Of a stretch of DNA of 64,000 nucleotides, positions 21,601 through 36,600 are shown piece by piece. A program made the position numbers and the translations under genes. Every line of letters begins with the position of its first letter. Position 1 is the stretch's first letter. The stretch spans positions 95,668,001-95,732,000 of the forward strand of contig NC_086097.1 of the NCBI RefSeq assembly GCF_963921235.1, written 5' to 3'. This DNA is from Mobula hypostoma (Eukaryota). The notes under the pieces were generated by a model. The model made no database searches. It saw nothing but the letters and a program-made list of their open reading frames with translations, and was not told the origin of the DNA.

Positions 21601-24600
21601 GACTATGTGTGCGTGTGCAAGGATGTGTGTGTGTGAGAGACTATGTGTGTGCGTGCATCGATATGTGTGTGTGAGAGACTCTGTGTGCGTGTGCAAGGAT
21701 GTGTGTGTGTGTGAGAGACTATGTGTGCATGTGCATGGATGTGTGTGTGTGAGAGACTATGTGTGCGTGTGCATGGATGTGTGTGTGTGAGAGACTATGT
21801 GTGCGTGTGCATGGATGTGTGTTTGAGAGTCAGTGTGTGCGTGTGCATGGATGTGTGTGTGTGAGAGACTAGGTGTGCGTGTGCAAGGATATGTGTGTGT
21901 GAGAGACTATGTGTGCGTGTGCATGTATGTGTGTGTGTGAGAGACTATGTGTGCGTGTGCATGGATGTGTGTGTGTGAGAGTCAGTGTGTGCGTGTGCAT
22001 GGATGTGTGTGTGTGAGAGACAGTGTGTGCGTGTGCATGGATGTGTGTGTGTGAGAGACAGTGTGTGCGTGTGCAAGGATGTGTGTGTGTGAGAGAGTGC
22101 GTGTGCATGTGCATGGATGTGTGTGTGTGAGAGACAGTGCGTGCGTGTGCATGGATGTGTGTGTGTGAGAGACTATGTGTGCGTGTGCATGGATGTGTGT
22201 GTGAGAGACAGTGTGTGCGTGTGCATGGATGTGTGTGTGTGAGAGACAGTGTGTGCGTGTGCATGGATGTGTGTGTGAGAGACTATGTGTGCGTGTGCAT
22301 GGATGTGTTTGTGTGAGAGACTATGTGTGCGTGTGCATGTATGTGTGTGTGTGAGACAGTGTGTGCGTGTGCATGGATGTGTGTGTGAGAGACAGTGCGT
22401 GCGTGTGCATGGATGTGTGTGTGAGAGACAGTGTGTGCGTGTGCATGGATGTGTGTGTGCGAGAGAGTGCGTGCGTGTGTGAGAGAGTGCGTGCGTATGC
22501 ATGGATGTGTGTGTGAGAGACAGTGTGTGCGTGTGCATGGATGTGTGTGTGTGAGAGACAGTGTGTGCGTGTGCATGGATGTGTGTGTGTGAGAGACAGT
22601 GTGTGCGTGTGCATGGATGTGTGTGTGTGTGAGAGAATATGTCTGCGTGTGCATGGATGTGTGTGTGTGAGAGACTATGTGTGCGTGTGCATGGATGTGT
22701 GTGTGAGAGACAGTGCGTGCGTGTGCATGGATGTGTGTGTGAGAGACAGTGTGTGCGTGTGCATGGATGTGTGTGTGCGAGAGAGTGCGTGCGTGTGTGA
22801 GAGAGTGCGTGCGTGTGCATGGATGTGTGTGTGAGAGACAGTGTGTGCGTGTGCATGGATGTGTGTGTGAGAGACAGTGCGTGCGTATGCATGGATGTGT
22901 GTGTGTGAGAGACTATGCGTGCGTGTGCATGGATGTGTGTGTGAGAGACAGTGTGTGCATGTGCATGGATGTGTGTGTGTGAGAGACAGTGTGTGCGTGT
23001 GCAAGGATGTGTGTGTGTGAGAGACAGTGTGTGCGTGTGCATGGATGTGTGTGTGTGAGAGACAGTGTGTGCGTGTGCATGGATGTGTGTGTGTGAGAGA
23101 CGATGTGAGCGTGTGCATGGATGTGTGTGTGTGAGAGACAGTGTGTGCGTGTGCATGGATGTGTGTATGTGAGAGACAGTGCGTGCGTGTGCATGGATGT
23201 GTGTGTGTGAGAGACAGTGTGCGTGTGCACGGATGTGTGTGTGTGAGAGACAGTGCGTGCGTGTGCATGGATGTGTGTGTGTGAGAGACTGTGTGCGTGT
23301 GCATGGATGTGTGTGTGTGAGAGACTATGTGTGCGTGTGCATGGATGTGTGTGTGTGAGAGACAGTGCGGGCGTGTGCATGGATGTGTGTGTGAGAGACA
23401 GTGTGTGCGTGTGCATGGATGTGTGTGTGTGAGAGACAGTGTGTGCGTGTACATGGATGTGCATGTGTGAGACAGTGTGTGCGTGTGCATGGATGTGTGT
23501 GTGAGAGACAGTGTGTGCGTGTGCACGGATGTGTGTGTGTGAGAGACGGTGTGTGCGTGTGCATGGATGAGTGTTTGAGAGTCGGTGTGTGCGTGTGCAT
23601 GGGTGTGTGTGTGTGAGAGACAGTGTGTGCGTGTGCATGGATGTGTGTGTGTGAGAGAGTGTGTACGTGTGCATGGATGTGTGTGTGTGTGTGAGACAGT
23701 GCGTGCGTGTGCATGGATGTGTGGGTGTAAGACAGTATGTGCGTATGCGTGCACGAGTGTGTGCGTGTGCATGGATGTGTGTGTGACAGTCACTGCGTGC
23801 GTGTGCATGGATGTGTGTGTGAGAATAACTGCGTGCGTGTGCATGGATGTGTGTGTGAGACAGTGCGTGCGTGTGCCTGGATGTGTGTGTGTGAGAGACA
23901 GTGTGTGCGTGTGCATGGATGTGTGTGTGAGAGACAGTGCGTGCGTATGCATGGATGTGAGTGTGTGAGAGACAGTGCGGGCGTGTGCATGGATGTGTGT
24001 GTGAGAGACAGTGTGTGCGTGTGCATGGATGTTTGTGCGTGAGAGACAGTGTGTGCGTCTGCATGGATGTGTGTGTGAGAGACTATGTGTGCGTGTGCAT
24101 GGATGTGTGTGTGTGAGAGACTATGCGTGCGTGTGCATGGATGTGTGTGTGTGAGAGACAGTGTGTGCGTGTGGATGGATGTGCGCGTGTGAGAGACAGT
24201 GTGTGCGTGTGCATGGATGTGTGTGTGTGTGAGAGACGATGTGTGCGTGTGCATGGATGTGTGAGTGTGAGAGAGTGCGTGCGTGTGCATGGATGTGTGT
24301 GTGAGACACAGTGTGTGCGTGTGCATGGATGTGTGTGTGAGAGAGTGATGCGTGTGGATGGATGTGTGTGCGTGAGATACAGTGTGTGCGTGTACATGGA
24401 TGTGTGTGTGTGAGATACAGTGTGTGTGTGTGCATGGATGTGTGTGTGTGAGAGACAGTGTGTGCGTGTGCATGGATGTGTGTGTGTGAGAGAGTGCGTG
24501 CGTGTGCATGGATGTGTGTGTGAGAGACAGTGTGTGCATGTGCATGGATGTGTGTGTGTGAGAGACAGTGTGTGCGTGTGCATGGATGTGTGTGTGTGAG

Positions 24601-27600
24601 AGACAGTGTGTGCGTGTGCATGGATGTGTGTGTGTGAGAGACAGTGTGTGCGTGTGCATGGATGTGTGTGTGTGAGAGACGATGTGTGCGTGTGCATGGA
24701 TGTGTGTGTGTGAGAGACAGTGTGTGCGTGTGCATGGATGTGTGTGTGTGAGAGACAGTGCGTGCGTGTGCATGGATGTGTGTGTGTGAGAGACTGTGTG
24801 CGTGTGCACGGATGTGTGTGTGTGAGAGACAGTGCGTGCGTGTGCATGGATGTGTGTGTGTGAGAGACTGTGTGCGTGTGCATGGATGTGTGTGTGTGAG
24901 AGACTATGTGTGCGTGTGCATGGATGTGTGTGTGTGAGAGACAGTGCGGGCGTGTGCATGGATGTGTGTGTGAGAGACAGTGTGTGCGTGTGCATGGATG
25001 TGTGTGTGTGAGAGACAGTGTGTGCGTGTACATGGATGTGCATGTGTGAGACAGTGTGTGCGTGTGCATGGATGTGTGTGTGAGAGACAGTGTGTGCGTG
25101 TGCACGGATGTGTGTGTGTGAGAGACGGTGTGTGCGTGTGCATGGATGAGTGTTTGAGAGTCAGTGTGTGCGTGTGCATGGATGTGTGTGTGTGAGAGAC
25201 AGTGTGTGCGTGTGCATGGATGTGTGTGTGTGAGAGACAGTGTGTACGTGTGCATGGATGTGTGTGTGTGTGTGAGACAGTGCGTGCGTGTGCATGGATG
25301 TGTGGGTGTAAGACAGTATGTGCGTATGCGTGCACGAGTGTGTGCTTGTGCATGGATGTGTGTGTGAGAGTCACTGCGTGCGTGTGCATGGATGTGTGTG
25401 TGAGAATAACTGCGTGCGTGTGCATGGATGTGTGTGTGAGAATAACTGCGTGCGTGTGCATGGATGTGTGTGTGAGACAGTGTGTGCGTGTGCACGGATG
25501 TGTGTGTGAGAGACAGTGTGTACGTGTGCACGGGTGTGTGTGTGAGAGACAATGTGTGCGTGTGCATGGATGTGTGTGTGAGAGACAGTGTGTGCGTGTG
25601 CATGGATGTGTGTTTGAGAGTCAGTGTGTGCGTGTGCATGGATGTGTGTGTGTGAGAGACAGTGTGTGCGTGTGCATGGATGTGTGTGTGTGAGAGACAG
25701 TGTGTGCGTGTGCATGGATGGGTGTGTGTGAGAGACGATGTGTGCGTGTGCATGGATGTGTGTGTATGAGAGACAGTGTGTGCGTGTGCAGGGATGTGTG
25801 TGTGTGAGACAGTGTGTGCGTGTGCACGGATGTGTGTGTGAGAGACAGTGTGTACGTGTGCACGGATGTGTGTGTGTGAGAGACAGTGTGTGCGTGTGCA
25901 TGGATGTGTGTGTGAGAGACAGTGTGTGCGTGTGCATGCATGTGTGTGTGTGAGAGACTATGTGTGCGTGTGCAAGGATGTGTGTGTGTGAGAGACTATG
26001 TGTGTGTGTGCATCGATATGTGTGTGTGAGAGACTCTGTGTGCGTGTGCAAGGATGTGTGTGTGAGAGACTATGTGTGCGTGTGCATGGATGTATGTGTG
26101 TGAGAGACTATGTGTGCGTGTGCATGGATGTGTGTGTGTGAGAGACTATGTGTGCGTGTGCATGGATGTGCGTTTGAGAGTCAGTGTGTGCGTGTGCATG
26201 GATGTGTGTGTGTGAGAGACTAGGTGTGCGTGTGCAAGGATGTGTGTGTGTGAGAGACAGTGTGTGCGTGTGCATGCATGTGTGTGTGAGAGAGTGCGTG
26301 TGCATGTGCATGGATGTGTGTGTGTGAGAGACAGTGCGTGCGTGTGCATGGATGTGTGTGTGTGAGAGACTATGTGTACGTGTGCATGGATGTGTGTGTG
26401 TGAGAGAGTGCGTGCGTGTGCATGGATGTGTGTGTGAGAGTGCGTGCGCGTGCATGGATGTGTGTGTGTGAGACAGTGCGTGCGTGTGCATGGATGTGTG
26501 TGTGTGAGAGAGTGCGTGCGTGTGCATGGATGTGTGTGTGTGAGATACGATGTGTGCGTGTGCATGGATGTGTGTGTGTGAGAGACAGTGTGTGCGTGTG
26601 CAGGGATGTGTGTGTGTGAGACAGTGTGTGCGTGTGCATGGATGTGTGTGTGAGAGACAGTGTGTACGTGTGCACGGGTGTGTGTGTGAGAGACAATGTG
26701 TGCGTGTGCATGGATGTGTGTGTGAGAGACAGTGTGTGCGTGTGCATGGATGTGTGTTTGAGGGTCAGTGTGTGCGTGTGCATGGATGTGTGTGTGTGAG
26801 AGACAGTGTGTGCGTGTGCATGGATGTGTGTGTGTGTGAGACAATGCGTGCATGTGCATGGATGTGTGTGCGTGAGAGAATGCGTGCGTGTGCATGGATG
26901 TGTGTGTGTGAGAGACGATGTGTGCGTGTGCATGGATGTGTGTGTGTGAGAGACAGTGTGTGCGTGTGCAGGGATGTGTGTGTGTGAGACAGTGTGTGCG
27001 TGTGCACGGATGTGTGTGAGAGACAGTGTGTACGTGTGCACGGGTGTGTGTGTGAGAGACAATGTGTGCGTTTGCATGGATGTGTGTGTGAGAGACAGTG
27101 TGTGCGTGTGCATGGATGTGTGTTTGAGAGTCAGTGTGTGCATGTGCATGGATGTGTGTGTGTGAGAGACAGTGTTTGCGTGTGCATGGATGTGTGTGTG
27201 TTAGAGACAGTGTGTGCGTGTGCATGGATGTGTGTGTGTGAGAGACGATGTGTGCGTGTGCATGGATGTGTGTGTGTGAGAGACGATGTGTGCGTGTGCA
27301 TGGATGTGTGTGTATGAGAGACAGTGTGTGCGTGTGCAGGGATGTGTGTGTGTGAGACAGTCTGTGAGTGTGCACGGATGTGTGTGTGAGAGACAGTGTG
27401 TACGTGTGCACGGATGTGTGTGTGTGAGAGACAGTGTGTGCGTCTGCCTGGATGTGTGTGTGAGAGACAGTGTGTGCGTGTGCATGCATGTGTGTGTGTG
27501 AGAGACTATGTGTGCGTGTGCAAGGATGTGTGTGTGTGAGAGACTATGTGTGTGTGTGCATCGATATGTGTGTGTGAGAGACTCTGTGTGCGTGTGCAAG

Positions 27601-30600
27601 GATGTGTGTGTGTGAGAGACAGTGTGTGCGTGTGCATGGATGTGTGTGTGTGAGAGACTATGTGTGCGTGTGCATGGATGTGTGTGTATGAGACACAGTG
27701 TGTGCGTCTGCATGGATATGTGTGTGAGAGACGATGTGTGCGTGTGCATGGATGTGTGTGTATGAGAGACAGTGTGTGCGTGTGCATGTATGTGTGTGTG
27801 TGAGACAGTGCGTGCCTGTGCATGGATGTGTGTGTGTGAGAGACTATGTGTGCGTGTGCATGGATGTCTGTGTGTGAGACAGTGCGGGCGTGTGCATGGA
27901 TGTGTGTGTGAGAGACAGTGTGTGCGTGTGCATGGATGCGTGTGTGTGAGAGACAGTGTGTGCATGTGCATGGATGTGTGTGTGTGAGAGACTATGTGTG
28001 CATGTGCATGGATGTGTGTTTTAGAGTCAGTGTGTGCGTGTGCATGGATGTGTGTGTGTGAGAGACTATGTGTGCATGTGCATGGATGTGTGTTTGAGAG
28101 TCAGTGTGTGCGTGTGCATGGATGTGTGTGTGTGAGAGACTAGGTGTGCGTGTGCAAGGATGTGTGTGTGTGAGAGACTATGTGTGCGTGTGCATGGATG
28201 TGTGTGTGTGAGAGACTATGTGTGCGTGTGCATGGATGTGTGTTTGAGAGTCAGTGTGTGCGTGTGCATGGATGTGTGTGTGTGAAAGACAGTGTGTGCG
28301 TGTGCATGGATGTGTGTGTGTGAGAGACAGTGTGTGCGTGTGCATGGATGTGTGTGTGTGAGAGAGTGCGTGTCCATGTGCATGGATGTGTGTGTGTGAG
28401 AGACAGTGCGTGCGTGTGCATGGATGTGTGTGTGAGAGACTATGTGTGCGTGTGCATGGATGTGTGTGTGAGAGACAGTGTGTGCGTGTGCATGGATGTG
28501 TGTGTGTGAGAGACAGTGTGTGCGTGTGCATGGATATGTATGTGAGAGACTATGTGTGCGTGTGCATGTATGTGTGTGTGTGAGACAGTGCGTGCGTGTG
28601 CATGGATGTGTGTGTGTGAGAGACTATGTGTGCGTGTGCATGGATGTCTGTGTGTGAGACAGTGCGGGCGTGTGCATGGATGTGTGTGTGAGAGACAGTG
28701 TGTGCGTGTGCATGGATGCGTGTGTGTGAGACACAGTGTGTGCGTGTGCATGGATGTGTGTGTGTGAGAGACAGTGTGTGCGTGTGCATGGATGTGTGTG
28801 TGAGAGACAGTGTGTGCGTGTGCATGGATGTGTGTGTGTGAGAGACAGTGTGTGCGTGTGCATGGATGTCTGTGTGTGAGAGACAGAGTGTGCGTGTGCA
28901 TGGATGTGTGTGTGTGAGAGAGTGCGTGTGCATGTGCATGGATGTGTGTGTGTGAGAGACAGTGCGTGCGTGTGCATGGATGTGTGTGTGTGAGAAACTG
29001 TGTGCGTGTGCATGGATGTGTGTGTGTGAGAGAGTGCGTGCGTGTGCATGGATGTGTTTGTGTGAGAGACTATGTGTGCGTGTGCATGTATGTGTGTGTG
29101 TGAGACAGTGCGTGCGTGTGCATGGATGTGTGTGTGAGAGATAGTGTGTGCGTGTGCATGGATGTGTGTGTGTGAGAGACTATGTGTGCGTGTGCATGGA
29201 TGTCTGTGTGTGAGACAGTGCGTGCGTGTGCATGGATGTGTGTGTGAGAGACAGAGTGTGCGTGTGCATGGATGTGTGTGTGCGAGGGACAGTGTGTGCC
29301 TGTGCATGGATGTGTGTGTGTGAGAGACTATGTGTGCGTGTGCATGGATGTGTGTGTGAGAGACAGTGCGTGCGTGTGCATGGATGTGTGTGTGAGAGAC
29401 AGTGTGTGCGTGTGCATGGATGTGTGTGTGCGAGAGAGTGCGTGCGTGTGCATGGATGTGTGTGTGTGAGAGAGTGCGTGCGTGTGCATGGATGTGTGTG
29501 TGAGTGACAGTGTGTGCGTGTGCATGGATGTGTGTGTGTGAGAGACAGTGTGTGCGTGTGCATGGATGTGTGTGTGTGAGAGACAGTGTGTGCGTGTGGA
29601 TGGATGTGTGTGTGTGAGAGACAGTGTGCGCGTGTGCATGGATGTGTGTGTGTGTGAGAGAATATGTCTGCGTGTGCATGGATGTGTGTGTGTGAGAGAG
29701 TGCGTGCGTGTGCATGGATGTGTGTGTGAGAGACAGTGTGTGCATGTGCATGGATGTGTGTGTGTGAGAGACAGTGTGTGCGTGTGCATGGATGTGTGTG
29801 TGTGAGAGACAGTGTGTGCGTGTGCATGGATGTGTGTGTGTGAGAGACAGTGTGTGCGTGTGCATGGATGTGTGTGTGTGAGAGACTATGTGTGCGTGTG
29901 CATGGATGTGTGTGTGTGAGAGACAGTGCGGGCGTGTGCATGGATGTGTGTGTGAGAGACAGTGTGTGCGTGTGCATGGATGTGTGTGTGTGAGAGACAG
30001 TGTGTGCGTGTACATGGATGTGCATGTGTGAGACAGTGTGTGCGTGTGCATGGATGTGTGTGTGAGAGACAGTGTGTGCGTGTGCACGGATGTGTGTGTG
30101 TGAGAGACGGTGTGTGCGTGTGCATGGATGAGTGTTTGAGAGTCAGTGTGTGCGTGTGCATGGATGTGTGTGTGTGAGAGACAGTGTGTGCGTGTGCATG
30201 GATGTGTGTGTGTGAGAGACAGTGTGTACGTGTGCATGGATGTGTGTGTGTGTGTGAGACAGTGCGTGCGTGTGCATGGATGTGTGTGTGTGAGACAGTA
30301 TGTGCGTATGCGTGCATGAGTGTGTGTGTGTGCATGGATGTGTATGTCAGAGTCAGTGCGTGCGTGTGCATGGATGTGTGTGTGAGAATAACTGCGTGCG
30401 TGTGCATGGATGTGTGTGTGAGAATAACTGCGTGCGTGTGCATGGATGTGTGTGTGAGACAGTGTGTGCGTGTGCACGGATGTGTGTGTGTGAGAGACAG
30501 TGTGTGCGTGTGCATGGATGTGTGTGTGAGAGACAATGTGTGCGTGTGCATGGATGTGTGTGTGAGAGACAGTGTGTGCGTGTGCATGGATGTGTGTTTG

Positions 30601-33600
30601 AGAGTCAGTGTGTGCGTGTGCATGGATGTGTGTGTGTGAGAGACAGTGTGTGCGTGTGCATGGATGTGTGTGTGTGAGAGACAGTGTGTGCGTGTGCATG
30701 GATGTGTGTGTGTGAGAGACAGTGTGTGCGTGTGCATGGATGTGTGTGTGTGAGAGACAGTGTGTGCGTGTGCATGGATGTGTGTGTGTGAGACAGTGTG
30801 TGCGTGTGCATGGATGTGTGTGTGAGAGACAGTGTGTGCGTGTGCACGGATGTGTGTGTGTGAGAGACAGTGTGTGCGTGTGCATGGATGTGTGTGTGAG
30901 AGACAGTGTGTGCGTGTGCATGGATGTGTGTGTGTGAGAGACTATGTGTGCGTGTGCAAGGATGTGTGTGTGTGAGAGACTATGTGTGTGTGTGCATCGA
31001 TATGTGTGTGTGAGAGACTCTGTGTGCGTGTGCAAGGATGTGTGTGTGTGAGAGACTATGTGTGCGTGTGCATGGATGTATGTGTGTGAGAGACTATGTG
31101 TGCGTGTGCATGGATGTGTGTGTGTGAGAGACTATGTGTGCGTGTGCATGGATGTGCGTTTGAGAGTCAGTGTGTGCGTGTGCATGGATGTGTGTGTGTG
31201 AGAGACTAGGTGTGCGTGTGCAAGGATGTGTGTGTGTGAGAGACAGTGTGTGCGTGTGCATGCATGTGTGTGTGAGAGAGTGCGTGTGCATGTGCATGGA
31301 TGTGTGTGTGTGAGAGACAGTGCGTGCGTGTGCATGGATGTGTGTGTGTGAGAGACTATGTGTACGTGTGCATGGATGTGTGTGTGAGAGTCAGTGCGTG
31401 CGTGTGCATGGATGTGTGTGTGAGACAGTGCGTGCGTGTGCATGGATGTGTGTGTGTGAGACAGTGCGTGCGTGTGCATGGATGTGTGTGTGTGAGAGAG
31501 TGCGTGCGTGTGCATGGATGTGTGTGTGTGAGATACGATGTGTGCGTGTGCATGGATGTGTGTGTGTGAGAGACAGTGTGTGCGTGTGCAGGGATGTGTG
31601 TGTGTGAGACAGTGTGTGCGTGTGCATGGATGTGTGTGTGAGAGACAGTGTGTACGTGTGCACGGGTGTGTGTGTGAGAGACAATGTGTGCGTGTGCATG
31701 GATGTGTGTGTGAGAGACAGTGTGTGCGTGTGCATGGATGTGTGTTTGAGAGACAGTGTGTGCGTGTGCATGGATGTGTGTGTGTGAGAGACAGTGTGTG
31801 CGTGTGCATGGATGTGTGTGTGTGTGAGACAGTGCGTGCGTGTGCATGGATGTGTGTGTGTGAGAGAAAGTGCGTGCGTGTGCATGGATGTGTGTGTGTG
31901 AGAGACGATGTGTGCGTGTGCATGGATGTGTGTGTGTGAGAGACAGTGTGTGCGTGTGCAGGGATGTGTGTGTGTGAGACAGTGTGTGCGTGTGCACGGA
32001 TGTGTGTGAGAGACAGTGTGTACGTGTGCACGGGTGTGTGTGTGAGAGACAATGTGTGCGTTTGCATGGATGTGTGTGTGTGAGAGACAGTGTGTGCGTG
32101 TGCATGGATGTGTGTTTGAGAGTCAGTGTGTGCATGTGCATGGATGTGTGTGTGTGAGAGACAGTGTGTGCGTGTGCATGGATGTGTGTGTGTTAGAGAC
32201 AGTGTGTGCGTGTGCATGGATGTGTGTGTGTGAGAGACGATGTGTGCGTGTGCATGGATGTGTGTGTGTGAGAGACGATGTGTGCGTGTGCATGGATGTG
32301 TGTGTATGAGAGACAGTGTGTGCGTGTGCAGGGATGTGTGTGTGTGAGACAGTCTGTGAGTGTGCACGGATGTGTGTGTGAGAGACAGTGTGTGCGTGTG
32401 CACGGATGTGTGTGTGTGAGAGACAGTGTGTGCGTGTGCATGGATGTGTGTGTGAGAGACAGTGTGTGCGTGTGCATGCATGTGTGTGTGTGAGAGACTA
32501 TGTGTGCGTGTGCAAGGATGTGTGTGTGTGAGAGACTATGTGTGTGTGTGCATCGATATGTGTGTGTGAGAGACTCTGTGTGCGTGTGCATGGATGTGTG
32601 TGTGTGAGAGACAGTGTGTGCGTGTGCATGGATGTGTGTGTGTGAGAGACAGTGTGTGCGTGTGCATGGATGTGTGTGTATGAGACACAGTGTGTGCGTC
32701 TGCATGGATATGTGTGTGAGAGACGATGTGTGCGTGTGCATGGATGTGTGTGTATGAGAGACAGTGTGTGCGTGTGCATGTATGTGTGTGTGTGAGACAG
32801 TGCGTGCGTGTGCATGGATGTGTGTGTGTGAGAGACTATGTGTGCGTGTGCATGGATGTGTGTGTGTGAGACAGTGCGTGCGTGTGCATGGATGTGTGTG
32901 TGAGAGACAGTGTGTGCGTGTGCATGGATGCGTGTGTGTGAGAGACAGTGTGTGCATGTGCATGGATGTGTGTGTGTGAGAGACTATGTGTGCATGTGCA
33001 TGGATGTGTGTTTTAGAGTCAGTGTGTGCGTGTGCATGGATGTGTGTGTGTGAGAGACTATGTGTGCATGTGCATGGATGTGTGTTTGAGAGTCAGTGTG
33101 TGCGTGTGCATGGATGTGTGTGTGTGAGAGACTAGGTGTGCGTGTGCAAGGATGTGTGTGTGTGAGAGACTATGTGTGCGTGTGCATGGATGTGTGTGTG
33201 TGAGAGACTATGTGTGCGTGTGCATGGATGTGTGTTTGAGAGTCAGTGTGTGCGTGTGCATGGATGTGTGTGTGTGAAAGACAGTGTGTGCGTGTGCATG
33301 GATGTGTGTGTGTGAGAGACAGTGTGTGCGTGTGCATGGATGTGTGTGTGTGAGAGACAGTGCGTGTCCATGTGCATGGATGTGTGTGTGTGAGAGACAG
33401 TGCGTGCGTGTGCATGGATGTGTGTGTGAGAGACTATGTGTGCGTGTGCATGGATGTGTGTGTGAGAGACAGTGTGTGCGTGTGCATGGATGTGTGTGTG
33501 TGAGAGACAGTGTGTGCGTGTGCATGGATATGTATGTGAGAGACTATGTGTGCGTGTGCATGTATGTGTGTGTGTGAGACAGTGCGTGCGTGTGCATGGA

Positions 33601-36600
33601 TGTGTGTGTGTGAGAGACTATGTGTGCGTGTGCATGGATGTCTGTGTGTGAGACAGTGCGGGCGTGTGCATGGATGTGTGTGTGAGAGACAGTGTGTGCG
33701 TGTGCATGGATGCGTGTGTGTGAGAGACAGTGTGTGCGTGTGCATGGATGTGTGTGTGTGAGAGACAGTGTGTGCGTGTGCATGGATGTGTGTGTGAGAG
33801 ACAGTGTGTGCGTGTGCATGGATGTGTGTGTGTGAGAGACAGTGTGTGCGTGTGCATGGATGTCTGTGTGTGAGAGACAGTGTGTGCGTGTGCATGGATG
33901 TGTGTGTGTGAGAGACAGTGCGTGTGCATGTGCATGGATGTGTGTGTGTGAGAGACAGTGCGTGCGTGTGCATGGATGTGTGTGTGTGAGAAACTGTGTG
34001 CGTGTGCATGGATGTGTGTGTGTGAGAGAGTGCGTGCGTGTGCATGGATGTGTTTGTGTGAGAGACTATGTGTGCGTGTGCATGTATGTGTGTGTGTGAG
34101 ACAGTGCGTGCGTGTGCATGGATGTGTGTGTGAGAGACAGTGTGTGCGTGTGCATGGATGTGTGTGTGTGAGAGACTATGTGTGCGTGTGCATGGATGTC
34201 TGTGTGTGAGACAGTGCGTGCGTGTGCATGGATGTGTGTGTGAGAGACAGTGTGTGCGTGTGCATGGATGTGTGTGTGCGAGGGACAGTGTGTGCGTGTG
34301 CATGGATGTGTGTGTGTGAGAGACAGTGTGTGCGTGTGCATGGATGTGTGTGTGAGAGACAGTGCGTGCGTGTGCATGGATGTGTGTGTGAGAGACAGTG
34401 TGTGCGTGTGCATGGATGTGTGTGTGAGACAGTGCGTGCGTGTGCATGGATGTGTGTGTGTGAGAGACAGTGCGTGCGTGTGCATGGATGTGTGTGTGAG
34501 AGACAGTGTGTGCGTGTGCATGGATGTGTGTGTGTGAGAGACAGTGTGTGTGCATGGATGTGTGTGTGTGAGAGACAGTGTGTGCGTGTGCATGTATGTG
34601 TGTGTGTGAGAGACAGTGTGCGCGTGTGCATGGATGTGTGTGTGTGTGAGAGAATATGTCTGCGTGTGCATGGATGTGTGTGTGTGAGAGAGTGCGTGCG
34701 TGTGCATGGATGTGTGTGTGAGAGACAGTGTGTGCATGTGCATGGATGTGTGTGTGTGAGAGACAGTGTGTGCGTGTGCATGGATGTGTGTGTGTGAGAG
34801 ACAGTGTGTGCGTGTGCATGGATGTGTGTGTGTGAGAGACAGTGTGTGCGTGTGCATGGATGTGTGTGTGTGAGAGACAGTGTGTGCGTGTGCATGGATG
34901 TGTGTGTGTGAGAGACAGTGTGTGCGTGTGCATGGATGTGTGTGTGTGAGAGACAGTGCGTGCGTGTGCATGGATGTGTGTGTGTGAGAGACTGTGTGCG
35001 TGTGCATGGATGTGTGTGTGTGAGAGACAGTGCGTGCGTGTGCATGGATGTGTGTGTGTGAGAGACTGTGTGCGTGTGCATGGATGTGTGTGTGTGAGAG
35101 ACAGTGCGTGCGTGTGCATGGATGTGTGTGTGTGAGAGACAGTGCGTGCGTGTGCATGGATGTGTGTGTGAGAGACAGTGTGTGCGTGTGCATGGATGTG
35201 TGTGTGTGAGAGACAGTGTGTGCGTGTGCATGGATGTGTGTGTGTGAGAGACGATGTGAGCATGTGCATGGATGTGTGTGTGTGAGAGACAGTGTGTGCG
35301 TGTGCATGGATGTGTGTGTGTGAGAGACAGTGCGTGCGTGTGCATGGATGTGTGTGTGTGGGAGACAGTGTGTGCGTGTGCATGGATGTGTGCCTGTGTG
35401 AGAGACTATGTGTGCGTGTGCATGGATGTGTGTGTGTGAGAGACAGTGCGGGCGTGTGCATGGATGTGTGTGTGAGAGACAGTGTGTGCGTGTGCATGGA
35501 TGTGTGAGTGTGAGAGACAGTGTGTGCGTGTACATGGATGTGCATGTGTGAGACAGTGTGTGCGTGTGCATGGATGTGTGTGTGAGAGACAGTGTGTGCG
35601 TGTGCACGGATGTGTGTGTGTGAGAGACAGTGTGTGCGTGTGCATGGATGTGTGTTTGAGAGTCAGTGTGTGCGTGTGCATGGATGTGTGTGTGTGAGAG
35701 ACAGTGTGTGCGTGTGCATGGATGTGTGTGTGTGAGACAGTGTGTACGTGTGCATGGATGTGTGTGTGTGTGTGTGTGTGAGACAGTGCGTGCGTGTGCA
35801 TGGATATGTGTGTGTGAGACAGTATGTGCGTATGCGTGCATGAGTGTGTACGTGTGCATGGATGTGTGTCAGAGTCAGTGCGTGCGTGTGCATGGATGTG
35901 TGTGTGAGAGTCAGTGCGTGCGTGTGCATGGATGTGTGTGTGAGACAGTGCGTGCGTGTGCATGAATGTGTGTGTGTGAGAGACAGTGCGTGCGTGTGCA
36001 TGGATGTGTGTGTGAGAGACAGTGCGTGCGTGTGCATGGATGTGTGTGTGAGAGACAGTGCGTGCGTGTGCATGGATGTGTGTGTGAGAGACAGTGTGTG
36101 CGTGTGCATGGATGTTTGTGTGTGAGAGACAGTGTGTGCGTCTGCATGGATGTGTGTGTGAGAGACAGAGTGTGCGTGTGCATGGATGTGTGTGTGCGAG
36201 GGACAGTGTGTGCCTGTGCATGGATGTGTGTGTGTGAGAGACTATGTGTGCGTGTGCATGGATGTGTGTGTGAGAGACAATGCGTGCGTGTGCATGGATG
36301 TGTGTGTGAGAGACAGTGTGTGCGTGTGCATGGATGTGTGTGTGCGAGAGAGTGCGTGCGTGTGCATGGATGTGTGTGTGTGAGAGAGTGCGTGCGTGTG
36401 CATGGATGTGTGTGTGAGAGACAGTGTGTGCGTGTGCATGGATGTGTGTGTGTGAGAGACAGTGTGTGCGTGTGCATGGATGTGTGTGTGTGAGAGACAG
36501 TGTGTGCGTGTGCATGGATGTGTGTGTGTGAGAGACAGTGTGTGCGTGTGCATGGATGTGTGTGTGTGTGAGAGAATATTTCTGCGTGTGCATGGATGTG

